DNA from: a virus
Length of the DNA: 64,000 nucleotides
Strand: one strand, 5' to 3'
IMG/VR virus record: IMGVR_UViG_3300045016_000140
Span: 10,670 to 74,669 of that record
Shown here: piece by piece, positions 40,049 through 49,881 of the stretch
Layout of the letters: each line of letters opens with the position of its first letter
Numbering within the stretch: position 1 is the stretch's first letter
Position numbers and translations under genes: made by a program
Notes under the pieces: generated by a model
What the model saw: the letters and a program-made list of their open reading frames with translations, nothing else
What the model was told of the DNA's origin: nothing
The model's database searches: none

Positions 40049-40307
40049 TATGAAAACAATCACTTTTAACGAAACAGTTGCGCTCCCGTTCTTTCGCAAA
40101 TCCATAAAATACGCCGCTCAGGCTGGCTGGGGATTGGATCTTATTCGCCAGGCGTTTATTAAGTGCGGATGTGATAAATCTATAAATGGTTCGCCGCTCT
40201 CAAATAGCCATATTTCAAATTTTTTGCGTAAGAAACTGAATGTGCGCATGGTTAAAGCTTACGTAAAAAAGAATTATAAGGGCAAAAATTGGCGGTCATT
40301 TGTATAA
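40049..40307 (+). CDS. small basic hypothetical protein
   Basis: ATG 40049 in an open frame. Confidence 0.45.
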
Positions 40308-40515
40308 TTATAATATCTTAAATATCATATATAATATTGGCCAGGGTGCCAGGTGTGCTTGTCAGGGTTAGGTTTTGAGTAGCAGCACCTGGCGTCTCCG
40401 TATATTGTAGGAATACAGTGACCACGTCTCCGTTGGATAAGTTGATGGTTGACGTAGCTTTGTGACTGCGCCGTATGCTAACGTTATTGTCTGATTGCTA
40501 TATTTTATTTGAATA

Positions 40516-42441
40516 TTATCTAGGTGCTTTAATGGTGTGTTTCCGGATTTTGGAGATGGGTATAGTTTGGTTTGAGGATATTAATTGTTTAGAGAACTTC
40601 GCTAATTCAGCTTCTACCGTTTCTTGTTTATCCATTTGGAAATCCATGATGTTTGATGACAATGGCGGGAGAACATTCGGATCATTGCTTGAAATTGATA
40701 AGGCCTTTAGCTGTTCTTCTTTGGCCGGGCCAATATCGGCACTGATTCCCGGTAACATATTCATTGTTTTTGTGTTTGCCGGTATAAGCGCCATCGGGTC
40801 ATTATCAGAGAAATCAGAGGCGGCCACGAAAGCCAGCCCGGCTGCTATTACGAGATCGTCGAAATTGCCCCTGCCTGGCTGTGCGCCAGTCTTATTGGTG
40901 TCATATCCAGTGGCAGTTCTTTGCCTAATATATAATTGTAATTGTTTCCATAGTCTATCGCTTCTAACTTTGTACCCGGCCTCTTCGTCTTCGGCTATAT
41001 AAGTTATCAGTGCTTTGTTAATAGTTGGCTTTGACGCCTCGCTAGTATAGAAGCCAGTTTGTGCGCCGATTTTCTTTCGCCATAAATTCGGGTACATTAG
41101 GCTGTTTTCGATGTCTTGAATAACTCCTTCACCGTAACTATTGCGTTCGACGCAGACGATGGCGTTGTTATAATATCTCCCGAGATAGTCAATTATATAC
41201 GCTAACATTTTTAATTGTACTCTACCCATATATTCTGCCACTTGAGCCATTCCATCTATATCCCATATTGATATTGCCGAGTAATCGTTGTTCTTGCCGG
41301 TTGATACATCGACCCCTATTGTATATTTATGGCCTTTGTTGCCTCCCACCAATTTGCCATTCTGTAATTTTGGAGGTGTTCCTTTTATTGGTTCTTGCCA
41401 TACCCATAATCCTTCGGTATCATCGATGCCTCGCATGTCTAATTCTATCTTATCGCCAGTTATTGGATGGTTATAAGTTATGGGTTGTGTTGAAGTTCTG
41501 GGGGTGTCTACCTCTTTGACGTGTTTACCAGCTGTCTTGATGGCTAGGGAGCTTAAGACCGTACCACCCGATCCTATGAATTCTCCCAATAGTTCTTGTT
41601 TGAATAGGTGGCTTTCACCTTTGGATGCTAGGGCTTTATATTCATTTTCTAGCCATGGCGACCAGTATGGCCCATATTTTTCTAGCTCTTCTTTTGCCAT
41701 GCATTCTCGTATGTCATCTCTTGGGGCAATTCTAATTGTTTTCCCGGTCATTTTGTCTTTCCATGATAATATCCAATCCATATCCCACCAATTTATCTCT
41801 ATTGGGCTAAATACTCCTAATCCTTCCTTGGCATTTACCCATTCCCCCCAATACCAGTTGCCAACGCCGCATGGTGTTGATATGACTATTACGCGCCCGC
41901 CGTGAGTTATTGTGCTCCAGCCGGATGCCCATACGTGGTCCATGTCTGGGATGAATGCGGCTTCGTCTATTATATTAAGAGATGAGGCATTTGCTCTCAA
42001 TGTGTTCTTGGAAGTTGTCAATGAACGTATTATGGAGCCATTATTAAATCCAATTTCATGTTCATTTACTTTAGACAATTGCCATATATCGTGCATCCAT
42101 GGCGGTAGGTAATCATATATAAACTTTATATGCTTAGCCAGGAATTCCTTGGCGTCTAGGTCTCGCTTGGACATTATCAATATGGTCTTATCGCTGAACA
42201 TCATCGCTGTCCATAGGGCATAAGCCCCGGAGAGAGTGCTAATCCCCAGCTGTCTACATTTTTTGAACAACACGAACCTATTCTGGGTGAACATGTCCAG
42301 AGAATGTTTCTGATAGCTGAATAGTTTAAATGGCAATATCCCGGCATTTGAATGCTTAACCTTGCAGCATGACTGTATGAAATATGCCGGTGATTGCTTA
42401 CATTTTGTTACAAATGCATATAGTTGTGTTTTGTCAATCAT
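40516..42441 (-). CDS. terminase large subunit (T4 gp17-like)
   Basis: LFSYQ, KCRQLGIST, IIDEAAF, ISTPCG, IGVDVSTG..DYS, VERN, DDLVIA. Confidence 0.93.
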   Translation of the reverse strand: MIDKTQLYAFVTKCKQSPAYFIQSCCKVKHSNAGILPFKLFSYQKHSLDMFTQNRFVLFKKCRQLGISTLSGAYALWTAMMFSDKTILIMSKRDLDAKEFLAKHIKFIYDYLPPWMHDIWQLSKVNEHEIGFNNGSIIRSLTTSKNTLRANASSLNIIDEAAFIPDMDHVWASGWSTITHGGRVIVISTPCGVGNWYWGEWVNAKEGLGVFSPIEINWWDMDWILSWKDKMTGKTIRIAPRDDIRECMAKEELEKYGPYWSPWLENEYKALASKGESHLFKQELLGEFIGSGGTVLSSLAIKTAGKHVKEVDTPRTSTQPITYNHPITGDKIELDMRGIDDTEGLWVWQEPIKGTPPKLQNGKLVGGNKGHKYTIGVDVSTGKNNDYSAISIWDIDGMAQVAEYMGRVQLKMLAYIIDYLGRYYNNAIVCVERNSYGEGVIQDIENSLMYPNLWRKKIGAQTGFYTSEASKPTINKALITYIAEDEEAGYKVRSDRLWKQLQLYIRQRTATGYDTNKTGAQPGRGNFDDLVIAAGLAFVAASDFSDNDPMALIPANTKTMNMLPGISADIGPAKEEQLKALSISSNDPNVLPPLSSNIMDFQMDKQETVEAELAKFSKQLISSNQTIPISKIRKHTIKAPR

Positions 42442-42476
42442 ATTTTCTCCGGTAAATATATTTTATAGGAGGATAT

Positions 42477-42908
42477 ATGGCTGACACTACCAAGAATGAA
42501 GAATTAAAGACCATGCTGGACGAGTTGGATAAGCCGGAGACCATCTCCGATGTAGAACAACCCACTCCATTACCCACAGTATCTACCCCGCCTACATCTA
42601 CAGATATAGAGGCGATGGTCAGCAATTTTAATGACATTAAAAGTAAAATATTGAAGCAAATGGATGGCGATAGGGCCATGATTATGGAAAATATAAACTT
42701 TATAGCTGCAAAAGCGCAGGGAGATGATGCCAAGCAATGCCATATAGAGGGATTATGCTCATTATTAGCCACATTGGCTGGCACGAACGCTGATGGCGTA
42801 AAACTAATGGATTCTATGGCCAAAATGGTCTCGGCTTACAAGACGGTAGCTCCATCAATCGGTAAAGATAGCGTCAATTTGAGGGATTTGCTTAATTCTG
42901 AGATTTAG
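42477..42908 (+). CDS. small helical protein divergent from terL (possible terminase small subunit)
   Basis: AGGAGG SD; function inferred from size and position only. Confidence 0.4.
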   Translation: MADTTKNEELKTMLDELDKPETISDVEQPTPLPTVSTPPTSTDIEAMVSNFNDIKSKILKQMDGDRAMIMENINFIAAKAQGDDAKQCHIEGLCSLLATLAGTNADGVKLMDSMAKMVSAYKTVAPSIGKDSVNLRDLLNSEI

Positions 42909-42957
42909 TGAATAATTATTAATTCAAATTTATTAATAAGGAGCCAAAGGAGCAGCC

Positions 42958-44106
42958 ATGGAATTCGTGGAAGCCATTAACAACATTCTAGAGGCATTTG
43001 AATCATTTCAGCCCGACGATGTTAAGAAGTATAAGTTAATAGAGTTAATAGGGTCGGCGGATCGTCCTGGTGTGTTGCTTGGTCCGCGTAGTGTATGGGT
43101 TTTAAAGGATAAATTATCTGATCTAAATGCAGCCGCCGCGTGGTTTAAGGCATTTGAAGATATATGGGATCCAACTCCAGGAAAGTCCTATGCCAGGTTC
43201 TGGGCGAACACTATGGCGCGCGGGTTTAGTCTTGGCCATGATCTAGCGGCCATAGCGCGCGATCCGACGGCTGCGGAAGATTGTATTGCTATTAGAGAAG
43301 CGCTGGTTAAATTCGCGTCATTATCACGTACGGCTAGATGGCCAGCTGATAAGCGCGACATAATGATGTATATTGGACAGCCAGCACAATTAATAAGGGA
43401 CGTCGCACAAATTGAAACTGCTGAAATTCCATTGAGTAAGCGGCAGGAACGACTGGCGGCCGAGAAATCTGGCATTGAGCAAGCCAGTCAGTTTATAAAC
43501 AGTGGTTTTAAGATAGTTCTTGAACATCCAATAATCGTTGGCAAAAGCGCATCGGCTATAATTCCGCCATATAAGGCTGGCGATCGTAATAAGGAGAATA
43601 CCATATATTGGATTATTGAATTATCTGAGCCCGAGGCTTTGGCGTATTGGACTAGGGCAGAGACTAGTGGTGATACCACATGGTGCACAAAACATCTATA
43701 TGATGAAGTGCATGATAAAGAAAGTTTCGAGAAATATAAACAATATCTTAACTATACATACCCAGCTTGGCATCCAAAGTCTGGCCAGACACGCCGTCTT
43801 GTAGCTTTTACAGCTGGCGACGAGTCGCTTGGATATCCACTTGTTGCTGCTCATTACTTGTCTACTGGTTCAGGCCCATTGTATCTGATATGCAGGAAAA
43901 ATCTCGTCAATAATCCAGATGTTGCCAGTGGGTATCGGCTGCTACTCATCGCCAATCGGGAATATAAAAGCAAGGATAATTATCAGATGCGTCGTGTGAG
44001 TTGTACGTTTGATATGGCTCTGGCTGATTGGCGTAGATCTCATGGGCCAAGCAGCATTATTGGTAGTTTGCGAGAAATGTGCCATGATTATGAAGGTAGA
44101 CTATAA
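42958..44106 (+). CDS. WCT-motif protein, paralogue of the 11130 gene
   Basis: KRDI..Y...L, DTTWCTK, HYLSTGSGPLYLI. Confidence 0.6.
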   Translation: MEFVEAINNILEAFESFQPDDVKKYKLIELIGSADRPGVLLGPRSVWVLKDKLSDLNAAAAWFKAFEDIWDPTPGKSYARFWANTMARGFSLGHDLAAIARDPTAAEDCIAIREALVKFASLSRTARWPADKRDIMMYIGQPAQLIRDVAQIETAEIPLSKRQERLAAEKSGIEQASQFINSGFKIVLEHPIIVGKSASAIIPPYKAGDRNKENTIYWIIELSEPEALAYWTRAETSGDTTWCTKHLYDEVHDKESFEKYKQYLNYTYPAWHPKSGQTRRLVAFTAGDESLGYPLVAAHYLSTGSGPLYLICRKNLVNNPDVASGYRLLLIANREYKSKDNYQMRRVSCTFDMALADWRRSHGPSSIIGSLREMCHDYEGRL

Positions 44107-44115
44107 GGTGAGCCA

Positions 44116-46674
44116 GTGGCTAATATTTTGCTTGAGAGAAAATTGTCGGTGCAGCCCGGAGACCTTATAGTTGTTCCCGGTCTCGAGCCAACGTCGGTAT
44201 TAACATCTCCTGTTCTGGATCAACAATTAGCTTTGGCAGGATTGCAGGGAAAATGTACTGTGCCGTTGGCTATGGCGTTGCAGGCTGTGCCTGGTTCTAG
44301 GGTTGAATTCTTTGAAAATACTGGTAGGTTTAATAAATTCTTTGTGTTACCGCCGGTGGATTGTGCTGGCGGGCATAGTATTGATTGGTATGGAGTGTTA
44401 AGAGATGTCGCGGTGACCGGCGTACTACCGATTTGGGAGAGTTCATCCTCATCCTATTCCAGTTCATTCTCGTCCTCCAGTTCGTCATTATCTTCCAATT
44501 CATCCTCGTTCTCGTCTAGTTCATCCTCCAGTTCATCATCTAGTTCATCCTTTAGCTCATCCTTATCTTCCAGTTCCTCGTCATCGAGCTCCAGTAGCAA
44601 ATCAAGTAGTAGTAGCAGTTCTAGTTCCAAGTCTAGTAGCTCTAGTAGTTCTAGTAGCTCTAGTAGCTCTAGTAGCTCTAGTAGCTCTAGTAGCTCTAGT
44701 AGTTCTAGTAGTCGATCCAGTGCTTCTAGCTCCAGTTCTAGCAAATCAAGCTCTAGTTCTAGTAGCTCTAGTAGCTCTAGTAGTTCTAGTAGCTCTAGTA
44801 GCTCTAGTAGTCGATCTAGTGTTTCTAGCTCCAGTTCTAGCGGTTCTAGTGTTTCTAGCTCCAGTTCTAGCAAATCAAGCTCTAGTTCCAGTAGCTCTAG
44901 TAAATCTAGTAGTTCCAGTAGTTCCAGTAGTTCCAGTAAATCTAGTTCGAGTTCAAGCAGCTTGAGTTCTAGTAGCTCTAGTAGCTCTAGTATCTCTAGT
45001 AGCTCTAGTAAATCAAGCAGTTCTAGTAGTTCTAGTAAATCAAGTTCGAGTTCAAGCTCTAAATCGAGCAGTTCCAGTAGCTCTAGCAAATCTAGCAGTT
45101 CAAGCAGTTTGAGTTCCAGTAGCTCTAGTAAATCAAGCAGTTCCAGTAGCTCTAGCAAATCTAGCAGTTCAAGCAGCTCGAGTGCATCCGGTGGAGGTGG
45201 ATGGACTGACATTTCGCCGCCCGTAGGCGCTGTGGTCATCTATGTGTCGTCAAGCCTGGGCGATGATGGTGACACTGGTGGCATCGCCGATCCTGTGGCA
45301 ACGATTGCTAAGGCGCTGACATTAGTCCGTGATGGCTACCCGGACCAGATTCTATTGAAGTGTGGGGACACATGGTCTGAGACCCTGGAAGATTGGGACC
45401 TCAGCGGGCAGGATGCCACACACAGGTTCGTGGTGGCGACCTATGGATCAGGGGATAGGCCGATCTTGGAATGTGGGACCAATGCTGCCGTGACTCGTGG
45501 GGCTAATGTTCACGACGTGGCGTTTGTCGGCCTAGATTTCTATGCAGATACACGCGATCGCACGGTGCCGGGCTACAGCAATAATGGGGCCGACGGAGGC
45601 ATCTATTGGCTTGGTAGCGCAACGAGGTTGTTGTTCGAGGACTGTGTAATCAGATGGTTCAAGGGCAACGCTATACAGGGCTACCCGACTACCTCCGATG
45701 TGGTCGCGGGCATCAGCTTCCGCCGTTGCATGTTCCTGGACATGTGGTGTTCCGATGCCCACTCGCAGGGTTTGTACATGGGTTATCCCGGTGATGGGAC
45801 TAGTGGCGGTCCAACGGACATCCTCATCGAGGAATGTCTATTTGATGGCTGTGGTTGGGCGTCCGACGCGTCGTTGCGATCGGCTTTCAATCATTCAATT
45901 TATTTAAACAATGCTTGCGGTCTTGACGACGCGATTGTCCGCAAGAATATTATCCTGCGTTCGTCTAGCCATGCCATGCAAGTCCGGGCCGGTGGAAGCA
46001 CGACTGACAACTTATGTGTAAGCAATGCTATCGGCATTCAAGTCGGAATTGGCGACGATCCTAATCCCGGAGGGGTTACGGGAACCATAACGGACAATGT
46101 GATCTTGGACGGGGAGGACATTGGTGCTACCCCGTTGGCATTTGGAATCGTCGGAGGCAACATCAGCACTCTATCTGCCACTGGCAATATCATCGCTCAT
46201 GATCTATCCGCCGACCCTTACGGCCGGGGGTTTGATTTGGGCGATTCAATCGGTACAGTCTCAGATAACATAGTGTATGACTGGCGCAACCCAGTGCAGC
46301 ACTACGGAGTCCCGGATGACATCGAGTACAGCAGCAATGAGTTCCAGGAAGTTGCCGCTGGCGAGGCTTTGGTATGGTTGGACAGCACCCAGGGCGGTGC
46401 GACGTTCGTTGGGAATAACTACTACTCGCCGTCGCTGCAGTGGTACGTCAACGGCAGTGTTCTAGATCAGAGCGATTGGGAGTTGATCGATACTACGGGG
46501 ACGTTCGTGGAGCGTGCATATGTGAATCCGGATATAAGTCTGGCTGATGTTTTGGGTGTGGCGGATACTGCTGCCGCTGCTGCGCTGTTGCGTTCACGTG
46601 GTCGGGGTGAATGGGATACGGATCAGACCGCTGTAGCGATTAATGCGGTGATCCGGGCTGGGTTCGTATATTGA
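44116..46674 (+). CDS. Ser-rich stalk plus right-handed beta-helix (pectin-lyase-like) domain, candidate virion fibre/depolymerase
   Basis: About 250-residue poly-Ser tract; C-term IYVSSS.GDD, TIAKA, LLKCGDTW, YGSGDRP and repeated NII/NVI beta-helix rungs. Confidence 0.7.
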   Translation: MANILLERKLSVQPGDLIVVPGLEPTSVLTSPVLDQQLALAGLQGKCTVPLAMALQAVPGSRVEFFENTGRFNKFFVLPPVDCAGGHSIDWYGVLRDVAVTGVLPIWESSSSSYSSSFSSSSSSLSSNSSSFSSSSSSSSSSSSSFSSSLSSSSSSSSSSSKSSSSSSSSSKSSSSSSSSSSSSSSSSSSSSSSSSSSSRSSASSSSSSKSSSSSSSSSSSSSSSSSSSSSSRSSVSSSSSSGSSVSSSSSSKSSSSSSSSSKSSSSSSSSSSSKSSSSSSSLSSSSSSSSSISSSSSKSSSSSSSSKSSSSSSSKSSSSSSSSKSSSSSSLSSSSSSKSSSSSSSSKSSSSSSSSASGGGGWTDISPPVGAVVIYVSSSLGDDGDTGGIADPVATIAKALTLVRDGYPDQILLKCGDTWSETLEDWDLSGQDATHRFVVATYGSGDRPILECGTNAAVTRGANVHDVAFVGLDFYADTRDRTVPGYSNNGADGGIYWLGSATRLLFEDCVIRWFKGNAIQGYPTTSDVVAGISFRRCMFLDMWCSDAHSQGLYMGYPGDGTSGGPTDILIEECLFDGCGWASDASLRSAFNHSIYLNNACGLDDAIVRKNIILRSSSHAMQVRAGGSTTDNLCVSNAIGIQVGIGDDPNPGGVTGTITDNVILDGEDIGATPLAFGIVGGNISTLSATGNIIAHDLSADPYGRGFDLGDSIGTVSDNIVYDWRNPVQHYGVPDDIEYSSNEFQEVAAGEALVWLDSTQGGATFVGNNYYSPSLQWYVNGSVLDQSDWELIDTTGTFVERAYVNPDISLADVLGVADTAAAAALLRSRGRGEWDTDQTAVAINAVIRAGFVY

Positions 46675-46801
46675 TCAGGCCAGTCGATGGAGTAATTCAT
46701 AATGCAGATTAATGTCTATGATAGTGCAACGTTGCGTGAAGCATTAATCCGCATTGTGAAGTATTTGACGAGTTTTTTGATCGTTAATCACCAACTAGCT
46801 A

Positions 46802-47233
46802 TTAATCTTTTGCAATCTGGCAGATAGCTGAAAAGTGATCCATCTCATGCTGGATTATTCTGGCCTCTAGGCCTTCTGTTCGTATATTGTGTTTTATCCA
46901 GTTTTCGTCGTAATAGTTTACCGATATTGCTCTTGACCGTGAGACGCTGCCCGTCAATCCCGGGTATGATAAGCATCCTTCAATTCCGAGTACGTGTTGT
47001 GGGCTTGCCCAGACTATTTCAGGGTTAATTATAAAATATCCGTATTTACGGTGTGTCCAGATGTATGCTACTTGTTCATTAATTCCTATTTGCGGGGCGG
47101 CTAGCCCCACGCCATTTGGCGTGCGTGCTAGGGCTTCTTTGATTCCATATATCCACGATATATCTGATTCTGGTTTGACCAGCATACTTGGTGTTTTGGG
47201 GAGTTGTGGCCCCATTAGTATTATTGGTGCCAT
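46802..47233 (-). CDS. def: peptide deformylase
   Basis: GVGLAAPQIG, INPEI, EGCLS, QHEMDH. Confidence 0.95.
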   Translation of the reverse strand: MAPIILMGPQLPKTPSMLVKPESDISWIYGIKEALARTPNGVGLAAPQIGINEQVAYIWTHRKYGYFIINPEIVWASPQHVLGIEGCLSYPGLTGSVSRSRAISVNYYDENWIKHNIRTEGLEARIIQHEMDHFSAICQIAKD

Positions 47234-47240
47234 GTTTGCC

Positions 47241-47903
47241 CTAATTTATTGGCTGGCCATACTTTCTTAGAAATACTTTGAGCTTGAATTTATCTGATGT
47301 ACTTAAGCCTTTCCACAATACGATATTGTTGATGAGTTTAGACATCCATGCTTTTACGATGTCGTTGGCTGACATGCTTGCTTTTTGGCGTGGCATGTTT
47401 TTAATTGTGTCTATTATGTCCATAAAGGTTTGGCTTGTGAGTCGTTGCTTGTCGAATTTAAAGAATGGTTGGATAATTTCGTCGGCATTGGCTATGTATT
47501 TTCTATGATTTGCGCCTATGCCAGCGAGCACTACATGTATTATACCAGATAATATTACTATCGATACTAGTTCCATGCTATATAGTGATTTGTATTGTTG
47601 AAATGCGTTGTGCATATAAATGTTTTGCGCGGACAGTAATGCATTGATATCAATTGGTGGGTCTATGGTTATTTGTGAACCTATTATGATGCTCATTGGG
47701 TCTGCACCATGGAATGTATCGTTATAGTCATCATATATGTTTCGAATCTGTGGGTCAGCAAGCTTGGCTGCGATTGCATTGATTTTATCGTTAGATAATT
47801 GTATTTCATGCGCCAAGTCAGTGCCAGTTAATGTTATGCTATGTAGCCGATAATATGAATTTGGTGCGATAAACACATCATATTCGAAAGATAATTTGTA
47901 CAT
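47241..47903 (-). CDS. hypothetical protein
   Basis: Minus-strand CAAAAATA-TAAT-ATG at 47915-47901 supports this start. Confidence 0.55.
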   Translation of the reverse strand: MYKLSFEYDVFIAPNSYYRLHSITLTGTDLAHEIQLSNDKINAIAAKLADPQIRNIYDDYNDTFHGADPMSIIIGSQITIDPPIDINALLSAQNIYMHNAFQQYKSLYSMELVSIVILSGIIHVVLAGIGANHRKYIANADEIIQPFFKFDKQRLTSQTFMDIIDTIKNMPRQKASMSANDIVKAWMSKLINNIVLWKGLSTSDKFKLKVFLRKYGQPIN

Positions 47904-47954
47904 ATTATATTTTTGCCATTGTCTAGACGGGACAAAGATTATTGTCTTTCCAAG

Positions 47955-47962
47955 TAAATATA
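47955..47962 (+). promoter_or_regulatory. candidate late promoter TAAATATA (representative of about 18 YAAAnnTA sites)
   Basis: 4 nt before the portal ATG, no SD; the motif recurs upstream of most structural genes. Confidence 0.65.
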
Positions 47963-47966
47963 CTAT

Positions 47967-49823
47967 ATGAGCTGGGCACTGTTTGATAGAATTCGTGCGT
48001 TCGCCAGGCAGGCTGGAGTATATCAGCAAGAGCGGTTACTGCAAGATCAGACGTCTCTTGAGAGAATGATTGCAAGCGGGCAGTTCTTAAATTTCTCTCA
48101 GCAACAATCGTTATTAGACCAGACGAATTTACAGATCAATCGCCTAGAGCGGTATAAAGATTACGATCAGATGAGTGAAGTGGGTGAGATTGCTTTATGT
48201 CTCGATTTATATGCAGATGAGTCTTCGCTGGTTGATCCGGAATATAAGCATACAATCATAATCAAGGCAAAGTCTAGGATTATAAAGCGTGAGCTAGAGG
48301 ATTTGTTCTTCGGCCGATTGCTTATAGACAATAATATTCGGGCGATGGTCAGATATCTTTGTAAATACGGTGATGCCCCATTTGAGATTGTACCAAACCA
48401 TAAGCGAACTGGTGTGGCTTCGCTGAAGTTTATGAATGTTTATAACTTTACGCGCATAGAGACCAAGTTCGGCGATCTAGTGGGTTTCTTTTTCCAAGAT
48501 GAGGTTATGACCGAGCCCACATTTTTACATCCATGGCAGACGATGCATATGCGGTTATTGAGTTATGAAGATATTTTTGCGCCATATGGAATGTCAATAC
48601 TTGAAGGTGGCCGCAAGGCCTTTAAGCAGCTGAGGCTTATGGAAGATGCCGCATTAATTTATCGCATTACGCGCGCCCCGCAGAAGAGAGTGTTTACAAT
48701 ACCCATTGGCCTCATACCCACCAAAGAGGTCCCGGAGTATCTTCAGACCATTGCTCGTCAGTTTAAGAACATGAGGTTTTATGACCAGAGGACTGGCACC
48801 TTCAACGAGAGATTCTCACCATTGATTCAGGAGGATGATTACTTTTTACCGCAGCGTCCCGATGGTAGTGGTCCGAAGATTGATACATTGCCTGGCGCTG
48901 AGAACTTAGACCAGATTGCTGACATTGAATATTTTAAGAAGAAGATGATTGCGCCAATGAAGATACCCTTCAATAGAGTTGGGATTGGCGAAGGTGGGGA
49001 TGATAGCAAGTCGGTGGCCTCGCAAAATTCAGAATTTGCTAAGGCTGTACAATGGGTGCAGCGAGAGGTGGCGATGGGTTTGACTAAGGTTGCCATCTGC
49101 CATCTTGCCATGGCTGGGTTCACTGCCGAACAGCTGAAAGAGTTTAGTGTTTTCATGACGGCCACGAATGCTATTGATGAATTATATAGGATGGAAACCT
49201 GGAATGGTCGGACTAGGGTTATGGCGGATTTAAAGGATTTGGGATGGTTCCCGCCAGAGTGGATTGTTAGTAGATTTACCGATCTTAGCCCCGACGAGAT
49301 TCAGGAGTTAGAATTAGAAACTAAAGAAGGAGAAGGGGAAGAGGGAGAGGAGATGGGCAAGGGCATGCCGGGGCTTCCCCCAATAAGCGGGCTATTGGAG
49401 CCTGATAAAATGGATAAGGTCGAGGGTGATAAAGAGGGTGGGGATAATATGGATAATGAGGATGGTAAGGGTGGTGAGGGTGGTGGGGGTGATAAGAATG
49501 CGCCGAAGCTGGAGATCGCAGATAGTGTCATACCAGGGTATGATCATAATCTCGAGAAACGTGTGATTGTGGAGTCTAAAGGTCTAAATAAATCTGGCAA
49601 ACTTAATCGCACTCGTGATGAAATATCAGATAACATTCCGTATAAATATTTCAGCGTGAATAATGAGTTAGCTGGCTTGCCAATTGGTGAGGGTAAAGAA
49701 AGACCATCGTTAATCGACGAAAAAGTAGAACAGGAAGTCAAGGAGGAATATAAGAGATTAATGATAAATGATGGAAATGAGGTAGTGGATGATACAATTA
49801 CATCTAGCGATACTCCATCTTAA
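47967..49823 (+). CDS. portal protein (T4 gp20-like)
   Basis: RYKDYDQM, LDLYADE, R.LCKYGD, PYG.SILE, LMEDAALIYRITRAP.KRVF, EDDYFLP.R, IDTLPG, DIEYF. Confidence 0.93.
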   Translation: MSWALFDRIRAFARQAGVYQQERLLQDQTSLERMIASGQFLNFSQQQSLLDQTNLQINRLERYKDYDQMSEVGEIALCLDLYADESSLVDPEYKHTIIIKAKSRIIKRELEDLFFGRLLIDNNIRAMVRYLCKYGDAPFEIVPNHKRTGVASLKFMNVYNFTRIETKFGDLVGFFFQDEVMTEPTFLHPWQTMHMRLLSYEDIFAPYGMSILEGGRKAFKQLRLMEDAALIYRITRAPQKRVFTIPIGLIPTKEVPEYLQTIARQFKNMRFYDQRTGTFNERFSPLIQEDDYFLPQRPDGSGPKIDTLPGAENLDQIADIEYFKKKMIAPMKIPFNRVGIGEGGDDSKSVASQNSEFAKAVQWVQREVAMGLTKVAICHLAMAGFTAEQLKEFSVFMTATNAIDELYRMETWNGRTRVMADLKDLGWFPPEWIVSRFTDLSPDEIQELELETKEGEGEEGEEMGKGMPGLPPISGLLEPDKMDKVEGDKEGGDNMDNEDGKGGEGGGGDKNAPKLEIADSVIPGYDHNLEKRVIVESKGLNKSGKLNRTRDEISDNIPYKYFSVNNELAGLPIGEGKERPSLIDEKVEQEVKEEYKRLMINDGNEVVDDTITSSDTPS

Positions 49824-49881
49824 CGATCTACAGCAAATATATAGTTAGTGAAAGGTTTTATCTTAACCCTAGGAGCGTGTC

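Noticed and set aside
40516-42441. Intein or intron in the terminase (also considered for portal and MCP)
   Set aside because: Lengths are near normal, reading frames are continuous and no C...HN-C/S/T intein ends were seen.
44454-45239. 261-aa Leu/Glu repeat ORF on the minus strand
   Set aside because: Antisense shadow of the poly-Ser codons; no independent signals.
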